The notes: generated from the letters alone by a model not told the origin. DNA of 64,000 bases from a virus (IMGVR_UViG_2706795090_000001:2709-66708); one strand, 5' to 3'. Shown: positions 48,239-59,470, numbered from the stretch's first letter. Numbers and translations are program-made.

Positions 48239-49561
48239 TTACTTCTCGCCAAGAGTCCACAATACTGCAATCCACTCTGGTCGCTCTACTAACATACCGT
48301 GTACCCACTGTAGTGAGTGGAAACCAGATTGCCCATATGGGTCTGTACGGTCAGCAGTTTCCATACCCGGTAGTTTAGTAATCATTTTGAAGTTACCTTT
48401 ACCCCCAAATGCACCTTCTGGAGCAAAACCTAGGTGAGAGAATGCTTCAGATGATACAGCAAGCATTGGATAAGCATTGTAATACTGTTTAGCAGTATCA
48501 GTGTTAGCTGGGTTATTTGGGTTGCCTGTGAAACCAGCGGAGGTTGCGTAAGTAGAATCACCACCTACGTCTTCTGCACCAATTGCATTGTACTCAGGCA
48601 TCTCAGGTACCACAATGATACGGAAACCAGCAATAGAACCAATCTCACCACGCAGTACTTGCGTACCAGCAGCAGCATACTTCTCTACTGGAATAAACAC
48701 AGGATTACCAGCAGCATCTTTCATGTTACGCATTTGCATCTCTAATGGGTAACCAACATAGAGGGCATAACCTGAACCAATGATTACTGAATCAATTTTA
48801 CCAGTACCTTTAGATGCCATTAGACGGTTAGGAGCACGGTTCTCTTTAAGAGTTAGTGCTAGACGTTGTAGGTCTTTGTAAGTAACTACAGAAGCATTTG
48901 AACCACCTTCAGCAGTAAAAGCAGTTAGACTTACAGCGCCACCAGTAAAGATTTCTACACCAGCAGCTTTAATCAAGTCGATACCAATCATATCTTCTTG
49001 GATTTCCATTGCACCACGCATAGATTCTTTCATCAGGTGACGTAGCAATGCTGGGTCATCATCAAAGTGTAGAGACTCTTTGGTAAACTCAGAGAAGAAA
49101 CCAAGACGATATGCAGTACCTTCTAGTTCTAGACGAGTAAAACCAACACGGTTTACACGGCCACCAATCTCAGTAAGAGTAGGTAGTTTACCTTCAATGA
49201 TACCAATGTCTTTACTTGAGCCATACAGGTTACCAGAACCAGCAGCAGTAGAAGCTACACCAGCAGCATTAATACCTTGTGTTGATACGTTACGATCATC
49301 CAACAGAGGCATATAGTGATGTTTCTTAATCTTCTTACCTGAGTTAGCAGGAAGATTAACTACAGAACCCATTTGAGAGAAATAACGTTCTTTCTCTAGT
49401 TCTTCTAGAGCTTCACGAATATAAACATCCAAACGGATTTGTGAACCAATAGAAGCTTTATCAGCTTGTACAACTTGACCACCAGATACTGCCCAGTGCG
49501 GGGAGTTATAAATCATTTGTCCAGTATTTGAACCAACAGATGGTAATGCCATAGTATTCAC
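48239..49561 (-). CDS. major capsid protein
   Basis: PLLDDRN, GNLYGSSKD, GGRVNRVGF, DPYG (N4 gp56-like). Confidence 0.94.
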   Translation of the reverse strand: MNTMALPSVGSNTGQMIYNSPHWAVSGGQVVQADKASIGSQIRLDVYIREALEELEKERYFSQMGSVVNLPANSGKKIKKHHYMPLLDDRNVSTQGINAAGVASTAAGSGNLYGSSKDIGIIEGKLPTLTEIGGRVNRVGFTRLELEGTAYRLGFFSEFTKESLHFDDDPALLRHLMKESMRGAMEIQEDMIGIDLIKAAGVEIFTGGAVSLTAFTAEGGSNASVVTYKDLQRLALTLKENRAPNRLMASKGTGKIDSVIIGSGYALYVGYPLEMQMRNMKDAAGNPVFIPVEKYAAAGTQVLRGEIGSIAGFRIIVVPEMPEYNAIGAEDVGGDSTYATSAGFTGNPNNPANTDTAKQYYNAYPMLAVSSEAFSHLGFAPEGAFGGKGNFKMITKLPGMETADRTDPYGQSGFHSLQWVHGMLVERPEWIAVLWTLGEK

Positions 49562-49564
49562 CTT

Positions 49565-50659
49565 TTACTTTAAATATTTCTTTTTAAACGTTTCCGAATC
49601 CAAAGCAAAAATATCTTCGAATTGTTCAGTCACAGTACTTTGTTTAGCTTTAGGTTTACCCGCAGCTAATTTATCTTTTTTAACTGTTTCACTTGGTTTT
49701 CGAATGGGTGGTACTACTGCATTGGCCTTTAGCTGATTAATCTGTTGACCTAATTGCGCGTTAGGTGCAGATGAATTATTACCTTGAGCATACAGTTCAT
49801 CACCAACAAGTTTATAAGCTACGATGGCAGGTGTTCCTACTGGAATTGACCCAAGCATCTTACGCCTTTCTACTTCCGCAGTGACAGTATCAAACATACC
49901 ATTACCCATATGTGAATTAATTACTTCAATGAGTGCAGGTGTCTGTTGAATCATCTTACGAGATTCAGCATCCCATTCTTTACCTAGAACATTGACTGTA
50001 CGCGCATACGTAGGAGTGTGTTCAATTTGTTTGAGAGCTTCATCTACATTTAATTCTGTTTCACTTACCGAATAATTCTTAGGGGAATATTGACTATTCT
50101 TTTCATCAACAATTTCCTCTAAATCCAAATCCGAAATAAGTTTATTAATAGCTTGAGGATTTTTATTTAATAAGTCAATAGCAAAACTTAATTGACTTTC
50201 ATCCATTAAATTATGTTTCTCAAGCATCGCAATAACTTTACGAGCAGGTTTAAGTGCTTCCATATTCTTATAATAGCCAGCACCTAATTGAATTAACTTC
50301 TCTGCTTCTTCAATTGAATTAATTGTAATTTCACGACCATTAGCTTTAATGGGTGTACCAATTAATTTTTTATATTCTTGCTCATAATTAATTGAAGCTT
50401 CTTCAGATGGTTCAGGAGTCTCTTCCTGTTCTTCAGTTTCTTCCTCATCTGAGAGTTCATCATCATCAGCACCTTCAACATCAATATATTCTTCAGATTC
50501 TTCTTGAGCTTCTTCTACTTGTTCATCAAGAGTTGAGTCTACCTCTTCGGTAGACTCTTCTTCAGAAACTTCTGAACCAATAGTAGATAAATCTAAGCTA
50601 GCAAACTCATCAGAACCCATAGAGAAAATATCTACAGTTTCATTTGTTTGGTCACTCAT
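49565..50659 (-). CDS. N4 gp57-like protein (scaffold/'tape measure')
   Basis: acidic N-terminus; PIKANG; lies between portal and capsid genes. Confidence 0.75.
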   Translation of the reverse strand: MSDQTNETVDIFSMGSDEFASLDLSTIGSEVSEEESTEEVDSTLDEQVEEAQEESEEYIDVEGADDDELSDEEETEEQEETPEPSEEASINYEQEYKKLIGTPIKANGREITINSIEEAEKLIQLGAGYYKNMEALKPARKVIAMLEKHNLMDESQLSFAIDLLNKNPQAINKLISDLDLEEIVDEKNSQYSPKNYSVSETELNVDEALKQIEHTPTYARTVNVLGKEWDAESRKMIQQTPALIEVINSHMGNGMFDTVTAEVERRKMLGSIPVGTPAIVAYKLVGDELYAQGNNSSAPNAQLGQQINQLKANAVVPPIRKPSETVKKDKLAAGKPKAKQSTVTEQFEDIFALDSETFKKKYLK

Positions 50660-50662
50660 CTA

Positions 50663-50974
50663 TTAGCCCTCGTACTCTTGATTGAATTCAGATTCAGGAA
50701 TTTCTTCTGCTTGTGTTAATTCAGCTTTGGCAATTTCACCTTCACGCTGAATATAATCCAAATGCTGTTTGAACCAAGCAACAGATTTAATTGCAGTCAA
50801 ACCAGCTTCTTTCAATACTTCGTGACCACTAATAATTTGTTTACCTGCTACAAGAGCTTCTTTATCTAGAAGTTCCATCAACAGTTTAAATGCTTTATTA
50901 GATTGAAGCTTAGCAATTGATTCTGTTTTCTCAATAATTGCTTTACGTGATTCAATATATTGGTTCTTATCCAT
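50663..50974 (-). CDS. N4 gp58-like protein
   Basis: syntenic 103-aa ORF. Confidence 0.65.
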   Translation of the reverse strand: MDKNQYIESRKAIIEKTESIAKLQSNKAFKLLMELLDKEALVAGKQIISGHEVLKEAGLTAIKSVAWFKQHLDYIQREGEIAKAELTQAEEIPESEFNQEYEG

Positions 50975-53091
50975 TATTGGTTACCTTGTTTATTGGTGTC
51001 TAAAAAAGTTTTAACAATATCTCGTTGAGTATTGCCTTTGGCTTGAGCTTGCATTAACTCAAGTTCTCTTTCTTGTTTTACACCTGTCTCTTGTTCAACA
51101 AAATCAAGCGTATTCAAATCTGCTTCGGTATTTGCTTTACGTGCTTTAGCTACTTCAGTTTGAGCTTCATAAGGCATCAATTGAATTTCAGCTTGTAGTT
51201 TAGCAATACGCATTTGTAATTCTTGTGCTTCCAATTGTTTAATTTGCATTTCCAATTGTGCTTGTGGTGATGGTTCAGGATTATATTTACTAATCATCTT
51301 AGATAAATCTGGCATACCACGTAGCTTAGCAATTTCACCCAATATAAGTTTTGTCATATCAAATGGCAAGCTTTGACCCATAGTTTGAAGCATAAAACTA
51401 AGTTCTTGAGCCTTAATTGCATCAGTTTCTGCGTTAGAAATACTTAATTTAATATCAAATGAACCAACTAAGTTATCTCTATTAATCTGTACAAACTCTT
51501 CATCAGTGATACGAATTACTTCTTCATCGGATAACCAGACAGAATTCATAGCTAGAATCTTCTTAGCTACTTCAGTTAATCCATTAGCTAATCTACGAAG
51601 AATACCTAATTCACGTTTACCGCTTGCACCAATTACACCTTGTACACCCGCAGTAGTTGTACCCAATGAATCACCAGTTAAACCTTGTGAAAATGATTTA
51701 ACACCGGATAATGCATCTGCCTCTAAAGTAAACATTTGGAGCATATTGTAACTACTTGCAGGTAACTCTGGATACTTATGTTCAATGATATCTGTTACAG
51801 GATTGGTTCCCGGATTATATTTATAATCCTCACCCATTTTAAACTTACGCTCATTTACCGGGTCTAATAAGTTCTTAGACATTCCTCGTTGACCATTAGC
51901 ACTACGTGCCATTGCATCAATCATCCCACGAGTTAATGCACCAATTAATTTTTGGTTATCTGATAGTAATTCAGCATCTGCTTCGCCATATACAGAATCT
52001 TTAACAGGTAAGTAAGGAACTACTACAAATGGTAATTTACCGTCAGGGTATGGATTCTTCTCTAAACGAATCATTACATCATCAACCCAAGATGCAACAA
52101 TAGGTGTAGTTACACCTGAACCATCAATATCCCAATATCCCCAATACTCATAAACTACAATCTTCTTACGAGCTTTATCACTAAATGTAAACGAAGTATC
52201 AGAAGAGTAATGGTCACTACTAGTGCTAGTTGAAGAATCTTCTTTGATATATTCGAGATTAGAGTAAATACCATACTTCTCTAAATCACTGCGAGAACTC
52301 TCAAAAGAGTGAATAACAAACTTAGCTTCATCTAAGTTACCATTACATGTTGGGTCAATAGTTACATTGTGATAATCACAAATAGTTACTTCAGGCTGGT
52401 TCTTAACTGTTTTAATTACTTCCTGTTCTGCGTAACCATTAATGATAGCTAAGATTGGTCTATTGTTAGCTACTGAATATCTAACAGATTCAGCCAATGC
52501 CTCTGGCATAGTCTCCAAAATACTTGGATTCATTTGATACATTTGTACTGCTTGGTTAATTAAATCTATAGATTCACCTGTAGCTTCTACATACTGGAAC
52601 ACAGGAACATTCTCAGTTACCTTGGTTTCTTCTAAACACCAAGATGTTCTGAAAATAACTGTACCTTCATTAACAGCAGTACGTACCATCGTATCAATTA
52701 ACTTAACCTTATTTAATTGGTTATTAAATTGATAATTAAGAATAGCTTCATTCTGTCTAGCTGCTTCCCTATCTTGCCAAGTTTTAGGTGCAATACTAAA
52801 TATATTTTCATCATTCAGAAATGGTTCACTTAAAGCTGAATATCTCCACTCTGCTTGCTTACGGATAAGCTTAGGTTGTACAGAACTTCTACCTACTTGT
52901 TGCTTAGGTTTATAAGCACCAGTTACATTTAACTGAGCTAACCAATCATCAATAATTGCTACCTGTGTATCTTTAGTAGACTTAGCATTATTAAAGTCAC
53001 TGAGTAAATCACTTACTTTTGGTTTATTTTTCCAGTCTTCTTGAAGACTCGGTACTGTATCTTCTAAGAATTCTTCGTTAATATCAGACAT
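50974..53091 (-). CDS. portal protein
   Basis: PKLIRKQAEWRYSALSEPFL; VYEYWG; KRELGILRRL. Confidence 0.94.
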   Translation of the reverse strand: MSDINEEFLEDTVPSLQEDWKNKPKVSDLLSDFNNAKSTKDTQVAIIDDWLAQLNVTGAYKPKQQVGRSSVQPKLIRKQAEWRYSALSEPFLNDENIFSIAPKTWQDREAARQNEAILNYQFNNQLNKVKLIDTMVRTAVNEGTVIFRTSWCLEETKVTENVPVFQYVEATGESIDLINQAVQMYQMNPSILETMPEALAESVRYSVANNRPILAIINGYAEQEVIKTVKNQPEVTICDYHNVTIDPTCNGNLDEAKFVIHSFESSRSDLEKYGIYSNLEYIKEDSSTSTSSDHYSSDTSFTFSDKARKKIVVYEYWGYWDIDGSGVTTPIVASWVDDVMIRLEKNPYPDGKLPFVVVPYLPVKDSVYGEADAELLSDNQKLIGALTRGMIDAMARSANGQRGMSKNLLDPVNERKFKMGEDYKYNPGTNPVTDIIEHKYPELPASSYNMLQMFTLEADALSGVKSFSQGLTGDSLGTTTAGVQGVIGASGKRELGILRRLANGLTEVAKKILAMNSVWLSDEEVIRITDEEFVQINRDNLVGSFDIKLSISNAETDAIKAQELSFMLQTMGQSLPFDMTKLILGEIAKLRGMPDLSKMISKYNPEPSPQAQLEMQIKQLEAQELQMRIAKLQAEIQLMPYEAQTEVAKARKANTEADLNTLDFVEQETGVKQERELELMQAQAKGNTQRDIVKTFLDTNKQGNQ

Positions 53092-53160
53092 ATCTAATAC
53101 CTAGTGTTAGTTAAATTGAATTAAATATACTATTTAAATCTGTATAAGGAAACTTTTCAT

Positions 53161-53448
53161 ATGTTTGAGTCCATAGCTGCTCAGGTTATAGCAGGGGTAA
53201 CCATTGCTGCAATAGTAGGTATCTTAGGTTGGTTTTTACTACTTAAGAAACTAGAAATAAAACTATCCCAACTAGAAGAGGAATTTAATAAAAGTTTTAA
53301 CTCTATGGATAAACGTGTAGTTCTACTTGAAGAACATCTTCGCCAACAAACTGAAATTAACTATTCATTGCGTTCTGAATTACAAATAATGAATGTTAAG
53401 TTTAGTAACCTCTTGGATAACCTTGAGAGGTTGTTACCTAACAAATAA
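53161..53448 (+). CDS. membrane protein with coiled coil (possible lysis function)
   Basis: N-terminal TM helix; opposite strand to the virion block. Confidence 0.6.
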   Translation: MFESIAAQVIAGVTIAAIVGILGWFLLLKKLEIKLSQLEEEFNKSFNSMDKRVVLLEEHLRQQTEINYSLRSELQIMNVKFSNLLDNLERLLPNK

Positions 53449-53451
53449 AAA

Positions 53452-53483
53452 TAAATACCCTCTAATTTTAGAGGGTATTTTTA
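53452..53483. terminator. bidirectional terminator
   Basis: AAATACCCTCTAA/TTAGAGGGTATTT. Confidence 0.75.
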
Positions 53484-53517
53484 ATTGTTAGTTAAATAAA
53501 CTGTTAACTTATTTATA

Positions 53518-54615
53518 TTACCCAACGGTTGTGATTTGCCCACCGACTTCGGCTAAAGTAATCGAACTTTCAACTTGCCAGTTAAAATCAGCAAATACGT
53601 TAGTATTCGCTACGGAGTTACTAACGGTGCATGATACGGAAGTATTGTTCACTATTGTTGCTGAAGCAGGTATGTTGTTTGTACTATCAAAACTACACTT
53701 ACCAAGGTTTCCTGCATTATCGTACACACGCACAATAGCTCCTGCTTTTTTAGGGGCTATTTGTGTGGACGCCGTGAGGTATGCAATGCTACCTCCCCCT
53801 GTAATCAGAAGTTTACCTTTTTCAAAGAACCGCAAACACCTTTGCATACCATTCTGCACTGGATGCCAAGGCCGCTTAAACTGCCCCGCATACAGGTCAA
53901 ACTTACCACTCGTAGCGAACGGAACAGATACAATCCAGTGACCACTCGCAGGACTCATAAACTCACCTAGAACTACATCATCTTTTGTGAGTGTATGTTT
54001 CGTACTTGGTCTATACTTCCCTGCTTCAACCACATACCCCATATGGGTAGAACTAACTTTCATCCATTGGTCATAACCATATGCACCGACAGCCAAGGAA
54101 GACCAGTTACCATTAAACCCTCTTTGATTAATAGGGTTGTCCGTCAGGTCAGCATTGGCAATCAAATTAGGTAATGACATTGCTGACATAAGTTCGTCTA
54201 TACCAACACGAGAGATGCGGCGTTTGTAGCCAACGACCTCTAGTGGGTAGCATGTCGCGTTGCTTGGCGTAGTGTGAGACTGCCACCTAAGCTCAGAATC
54301 ACTCTGTTTACTCAACTTCATCGAGTACCCATTGGTGTTCAATGGGTCTGACCATTCAATTTCTTGTGAATTGACTGTACCATCAATAAGCCTTTTGCTT
54401 ACAAAGGTTTCCACATAGACCTTGGAGTTCGTATTTATCCCTACGGTGATTCGAACCTCTTCAAAGTCTTGAAAAACCATGCCCGCTGGCGCAGGTATTG
54501 AGCCAGTAGTAGCATGACGAAAGGCAAATGGAAGAATTACAACTTGGTCTAGAACTTCTTGCTCTAGGTTGCTTCCGAAGAAGTCTTTGACTGTAGCTTT
54601 CATATCACACCTCAT
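53518..54615 (-). CDS. tail fibre/receptor-binding protein 2
   Basis: NLIAN..INQRG..YGYDQW and QRCLRFFEK patterns typical of fibre domains; start probably ATG 54603. Confidence 0.65.
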   Translation of the reverse strand: MRCDMKATVKDFFGSNLEQEVLDQVVILPFAFRHATTGSIPAPAGMVFQDFEEVRITVGINTNSKVYVETFVSKRLIDGTVNSQEIEWSDPLNTNGYSMKLSKQSDSELRWQSHTTPSNATCYPLEVVGYKRRISRVGIDELMSAMSLPNLIANADLTDNPINQRGFNGNWSSLAVGAYGYDQWMKVSSTHMGYVVEAGKYRPSTKHTLTKDDVVLGEFMSPASGHWIVSVPFATSGKFDLYAGQFKRPWHPVQNGMQRCLRFFEKGKLLITGGGSIAYLTASTQIAPKKAGAIVRVYDNAGNLGKCSFDSTNNIPASATIVNNTSVSCTVSNSVANTNVFADFNWQVESSITLAEVGGQITTVG

Positions 54616-56290
54616 CCAGAATGATTGTATGGTTGATTATAATTTGGTCTGCCACACCAGTGGACACATTCTCGTAAGCCGCAAATCTACCGTCTGTGTA
54701 CACTCTGGTTAACGCCTCTGTGTTTGTGATAGTGCCCGTCGATACCCTCAAGCAAGCAGGTGAAAATTGCTCACGTAATATGCGAGATGTGATTTCAGCA
54801 GGGAATGAGAATAAAATGGTTGTCCCATTTATAGTACCGCCAGCGTGCCCCCCTACTTGAATGACATTCTTGTGGGTAAACTGATACCACACAAACCCTA
54901 CAATCCCTGATGCGAAAGCAGGCGCACCAGCAGAGCCTATTTTAATAAACTTTGCGGTCTCCAACTCATCAACCCTTTTCTCAATAGCAGCATAACTACC
55001 ATCTACACCTATGCCGTCAGCCAGTGTCCATTTATCACCTGACTTCAAGAAGTAGAGAACACAAGGTCTGTCAATGATGTACCCATCAAAATCATCTTGA
55101 CCATTGGTTAAAACTTCAGAACCAAATTGAACTGTTGCTGTTAATCCTATAAGACCTCTATCCCATTCAAGAGTAGAAACAACAAACCAATCATCATTAG
55201 CAAAACCATCTGGAACTGTAACTGTTTTACTAACTCCATCAACCATTTTCAGTTTATAGGCTTTTTTCTTTTCTACAGTAAAAGAGGCAGTTTTTTCAAT
55301 GAAAGGTGGAACACCTCCCCCACCTATAGGGGTAATGTTTCCTGAAGGGTCTAAACCTTCCCACTCACCTGTACTGGTATTAAATCGTAACGCTCTTGTA
55401 TTTACAGGGAACTCCGCTGAGGATGGTCTATCTGCTGTGGTACCTGCTGCAATAAATGCTGCTTTATTGGTGCCGACCACACCCCCAACATCTTCGACAG
55501 TCAGTGTAATATGTGCCCCCGACTTGCCATTAACACTCAATAAACCATTAAAGCTGGTAATTATGGGGTCTTTAAAATTATTTTCTGGTGTATCAAAAAA
55601 CAACATCCAACCATTTTTAATAGTTTTACCAGTGAGTACCCCAGTGGTGAACACATAGTAAGGTACCCCATCTCCATCAACGGGAACAGAACCATCATTA
55701 GGCAATTCCACAATCCATATCGTATCCCTAACCACCCCTGATACATCTGGATATTCTTTCGTTACCGGTACTAAATTGAAAATACCCCCTGAAATGAAGG
55801 TTAAATTTGCATTGTGTAATGCAGCTTGTGCAGCTTGTTCTGCACGCACCCTATCACCCTCTACTTGAGTAGCTGTTGTTAACACAGTACTCAATGAATT
55901 AGCAGCACTAGTTGCACTCTGAGATGCTTCATCTGCTTTCGTAACTGTTAATTGTGCATTGGTAGTTGTTATCTGAGTATTTGCCTGAGTAATAACTTTA
56001 GCCGCCTCAGCATCTAATTTAGATTGGTTTGCAGCTACTGCGCTATCAGATGCATTTTGAGCTTGAACAGGTGCATCAATAATTGCAGGCATATTATCTG
56101 CACATAACTTAATATTACCTAATTCAGGAACTATTAAGTTAATTTCATCTGCTATCTGACTTGCCGCAATTACTTCAGCGATGTTGTCAGCTACTTTTTT
56201 AACTTCATCGTAGGCACTATTTACGTACTTTTGTACAGTACATCCACTAGCCCTACTGGTAGGAACTTTCATACCCAACCCCCCATACAA
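54605..56290 (-). CDS. tail fibre protein 1
   Basis: Ala-rich shaft, SVNGKSG and GTTADRP repeats; start probably ATG 56272. Confidence 0.75.
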   Translation of the reverse strand: MYGGLGMKVPTSRASGCTVQKYVNSAYDEVKKVADNIAEVIAASQIADEINLIVPELGNIKLCADNMPAIIDAPVQAQNASDSAVAANQSKLDAEAAKVITQANTQITTTNAQLTVTKADEASQSATSAANSLSTVLTTATQVEGDRVRAEQAAQAALHNANLTFISGGIFNLVPVTKEYPDVSGVVRDTIWIVELPNDGSVPVDGDGVPYYVFTTGVLTGKTIKNGWMLFFDTPENNFKDPIITSFNGLLSVNGKSGAHITLTVEDVGGVVGTNKAAFIAAGTTADRPSSAEFPVNTRALRFNTSTGEWEGLDPSGNITPIGGGGVPPFIEKTASFTVEKKKAYKLKMVDGVSKTVTVPDGFANDDWFVVSTLEWDRGLIGLTATVQFGSEVLTNGQDDFDGYIIDRPCVLYFLKSGDKWTLADGIGVDGSYAAIEKRVDELETAKFIKIGSAGAPAFASGIVGFVWYQFTHKNVIQVGGHAGGTINGTTILFSFPAEITSRILREQFSPACLRVSTGTITNTEALTRVYTDGRFAAYENVSTGVADQIIINHTIILDEV

Positions 56291-56955
56291 GGTTTAATAT
56301 TTCTATCATAATCATTAGAATTCTCTGTACCTAGATTAATTTGTTGGGTACATAGCAACTCAAACTTCTGTAGCATTGTATTAGCTAACATAATATGTTC
56401 TTGAGTAGTACCACCTGAATAAACCCTATAAGCAACATATGCTAGTAACAATGGTTTTAAATGTAATGGTAAATACAAAGTAGTATTTGATTCATCTATT
56501 TTTGGATGTTTAGCTTGATAAATAACAAATAAAGCATCTCCAACAACAGGTTGTGGCACTTCAAGCACATCCATTGCAGGGGTAGCTACCACAGGACAAG
56601 CTGTCCAATCATTCAAACGTATCTCATTACCTTCTTCATCATATACTGATAGAACTCTAATCAAATCCCCTGTAAAAGGATAATCTAATACGTAATCAAT
56701 ATATTTATTGTAAGAAGGTAGTTCACCCTGTACTAAAGTATTTTCTACCTTTATTGGGTAAAGTGTTCTACCCTCAACTTGAATCAAAGTTAGTTCACGA
56801 GTAAGTAACGGAAAACGAGTATACAGTTCAGTTAAACCAATATTAATACAAGCAATCAACTTACGCTTATTGTTCACATCTAATGTACCCATGAACCACC
56901 CATGTTGTTGTAGTTCACCAATACTTAAATCAGTAATAATCTCATCTAAATCCAT
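56269..56955 (-). CDS. head-tail adaptor (N4 gp67-like)
   Basis: IN.GLT.LY.RF; YQAKHP; GGWV C-terminus. Confidence 0.75.
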   Translation of the reverse strand: MDLDEIITDLSIGELQQHGWFMGTLDVNNKRKLIACINIGLTELYTRFPLLTRELTLIQVEGRTLYPIKVENTLVQGELPSYNKYIDYVLDYPFTGDLIRVLSVYDEEGNEIRLNDWTACPVVATPAMDVLEVPQPVVGDALFVIYQAKHPKIDESNTTLYLPLHLKPLLLAYVAYRVYSGGTTQEHIMLANTMLQKFELLCTQQINLGTENSNDYDRNIKPCMGGWV

Positions 56956-56962
56956 AGTAACC

Positions 56963-58588
56963 TCATACTATATAAGAAGACATTGCATAAGATTCAGTCT
57001 GTACTTCATCTTCCCACAAGCCAGAAGTATCATTATATTTCAATTCAATGCTTTCACTTGGTTTCCAAATCTTCATTAAACTCAACATAGAAATAGTATC
57101 TATAAAGTCATCATGTTTAGATTTAAAACCACTACGTGAAACCAATGATAATTCATTATGAGCTTCTACCATTGCAGGATGTTCAGACATATCTTCAGGG
57201 AAGTATATCATTCTTTGTTTGAACCAAGGTAATACAGTTAAAAATCTAGTAAACTTCTGGTTCGTAGGTCTTATGCCCGGCTTATTATTGTTACCTTCTG
57301 AAGCAATATTGAAGAAGATATTCTTATCCATCATCATAGATTTGATAAGAGATACAAATCCACCTTGTTGACCAGTAACTTCTATACCTACATCAATTGG
57401 TTTATATATCTGAACCAATCTAAATAAATCTTCAATAGTTACATCTATGGTTTGTCTCTTACAAATACCATCAACCCAATAGAAGTAACCTTTATTATTT
57501 ACTGCCCACACAGATATTACACTAAAGTCAGCTTGTTTCTTTTCACTAGTGGCAAAGTCAGTAGTAATATAAATATTAAAGTTACCTAAGTTTCGGATTA
57601 CATCCGACCTCACAAAGTATTGAATATCCCCTTGTTCAATTAACTTATCTTCTTCGGGCATAATACGTAACATTAACTCTTGGTTAAATGCATCTAACTT
57701 ATGTAATCCTTTCATCTTGTTATAGAGTTTTAGAATAGAATCATAATCAAAACGATCTTCCCAACTACCTCTAAACTCTTCTCTACTACAAGGAAATGTT
57801 TCACATACTGGATATACGTTTACTGCCCAAGCACCAGATTCAACTGCTTTATACAATGGGTCACTTGCATTAAATGGGGTACCTGACCAAATTACTTTTC
57901 TCTTGTTTGGGTGCAATGCAAATTCAATAGCATTGTATACAGTCTCTTCAATAGCTTTAATTACTGTAGGTGAACGTGCATCTTTATCACTAACCAAGTC
58001 ATCCAATAAAGCTAATACTGGTCGGCTATTGTTTTCCCTAGTGCCTCGTACGCCCGTCTGTGCACCATGACCACTAACTACAAAAGACTTACCTTCTTTA
58101 TTTATAAACTCCCAACGTATATCTGTGAATTTTAGTTTAGGTATGTACTGCTGTAAGAAACTGCTGTTATTCCAACGTTTCTCTAAAGATAATCTCATCT
58201 TCTTCACACCATTATCTATAGAGTCAGAAACGTACAATGCATAAGGAACTGAACCAAGATTAGGTAATTCATTAAATATAGCGATGTACCAAATCAAGTA
58301 TTCTTTCAATGTGGACTTGGCAATGCCCCTATGACACATATTAATAGTATCAAAACCTTTCTTAACAAAATTATCCAACATTCGTAGATGAACTACTGGT
58401 GTTTTGTTTTCAGGGTTACCACCTTCAATTAACTTAATTAAGTTAACCATCTTCACAGCAAAATCTGAAGGTACATAATCATTGATATCTGAATAATCAC
58501 AGTTATTCAGATAATCCTCTACTGTCATTGCTACTTTGGTTTTCTCTGGTAAATCACTCATCTTCTTTACCACTCGTAATTGCAGCAT
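56963..58588 (-). CDS. terL: terminase large subunit
   Basis: HRGIAKST, GVRG, LLDDL, GTPF, TTDFA, KHDDFID; start probably ATG 58561. Confidence 0.94.
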   Translation of the reverse strand: MLQLRVVKKMSDLPEKTKVAMTVEDYLNNCDYSDINDYVPSDFAVKMVNLIKLIEGGNPENKTPVVHLRMLDNFVKKGFDTINMCHRGIAKSTLKEYLIWYIAIFNELPNLGSVPYALYVSDSIDNGVKKMRLSLEKRWNNSSFLQQYIPKLKFTDIRWEFINKEGKSFVVSGHGAQTGVRGTRENNSRPVLALLDDLVSDKDARSPTVIKAIEETVYNAIEFALHPNKRKVIWSGTPFNASDPLYKAVESGAWAVNVYPVCETFPCSREEFRGSWEDRFDYDSILKLYNKMKGLHKLDAFNQELMLRIMPEEDKLIEQGDIQYFVRSDVIRNLGNFNIYITTDFATSEKKQADFSVISVWAVNNKGYFYWVDGICKRQTIDVTIEDLFRLVQIYKPIDVGIEVTGQQGGFVSLIKSMMMDKNIFFNIASEGNNNKPGIRPTNQKFTRFLTVLPWFKQRMIYFPEDMSEHPAMVEAHNELSLVSRSGFKSKHDDFIDTISMLSLMKIWKPSESIELKYNDTSGLWEDEVQTESYAMSSYIV

Positions 58589-59231
58589 GGGCTATGTCTT
58601 TAGCAGTCATTTCACCACTTTGAACCAATGCTACTTGTTGTTTACTTAAATTAGCTAATGCAGCACTCAAATCTGCAATTACACCTGTATCTGTAGTACC
58701 AATCTCTACATTTATCTTAGCTGACTCTGGTGCTTTCAACTCTTTCAATAGAGTAGCAGCAGCTTGTACTTGGTCACGCTCACACTTAGCATTCTCCATT
58801 AAGTCAGCTAATCGAGCTATAGACTTATACCGGATAGAAGCATACATGATATGGTCAGGAATAAGTGTTTGCTCATAAATAAGAGTAACCAACTTAGTCT
58901 TATTGTAGGTACTTGCGTAAGCAGCCATATCTTTATTAGAGATATTTCTATTTACCATGTCCTGTACTCTAGCAGGGAATACCTTTTGGTAAGCTGCCAT
59001 ATTGCTCATACCCATTGTCTTATAGGATACAAACATTACAGCATTGAAATAGTCATCTAATTTGAATCTACCTTCTTGTAGTACCTTAGAATAAGTAAGA
59101 ATATTATCTGTATAAACATTAGCCATTTGTGGGTCAGCAATCATCTTGTTCAAATCATCTACAAATTGCTGAGTAATTCTGCTCTTATGTTGTTTAGGGA
59201 CTGAATCTCTAAGTTCTTCTACTGTAAGCAT
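58554..59231 (-). CDS. N4 gp69-like protein (putative terminase small subunit)
   Basis: Y.NAV.FVSYK.MG; directly upstream of terL. Confidence 0.7.
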   Translation of the reverse strand: MLTVEELRDSVPKQHKSRITQQFVDDLNKMIADPQMANVYTDNILTYSKVLQEGRFKLDDYFNAVMFVSYKTMGMSNMAAYQKVFPARVQDMVNRNISNKDMAAYASTYNKTKLVTLIYEQTLIPDHIMYASIRYKSIARLADLMENAKCERDQVQAAATLLKELKAPESAKINVEIGTTDTGVIADLSAALANLSKQQVALVQSGEMTAKDIAHAAITSGKEDE

Positions 59232-59281
59232 GTTACACCTTAATAGAATATTGGGTTGATATAGTTAAGTAAGGATACAAT

Positions 59282-59470
59282 ATGAATGAAATAAAAATCA
59301 AACCTTCTAAGATTGGTTCACTTCGAGCTATCGCTCGTTCTGAAGGAGCTGTAAACGAAGATGGAAAGATATCAGTTAGTTGGATGCGAAGAAAACTAAA
59401 AGACCCAAAGACGTCTACAGCAGTAAAGAAAAAGATTAACTTTGCATTGAACGCAAGAGAATGGAATTAA
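59282..59470 (+). CDS. small basic protein
   Basis: IKIKPSKIG...KKKINFALNAREW; AAGGA RBS; heads the microprotein array. Confidence 0.65.
   Translation: MNEIKIKPSKIGSLRAIARSEGAVNEDGKISVSWMRRKLKDPKTSTAVKKKINFALNAREWN

Noticed and set aside
33501-55746. Many ORFs antisense or out of frame to vRNAP, capsid, portal and fibre genes
   Set aside because: Shadow frames of long genes with biased codon usage; no RBS or motifs
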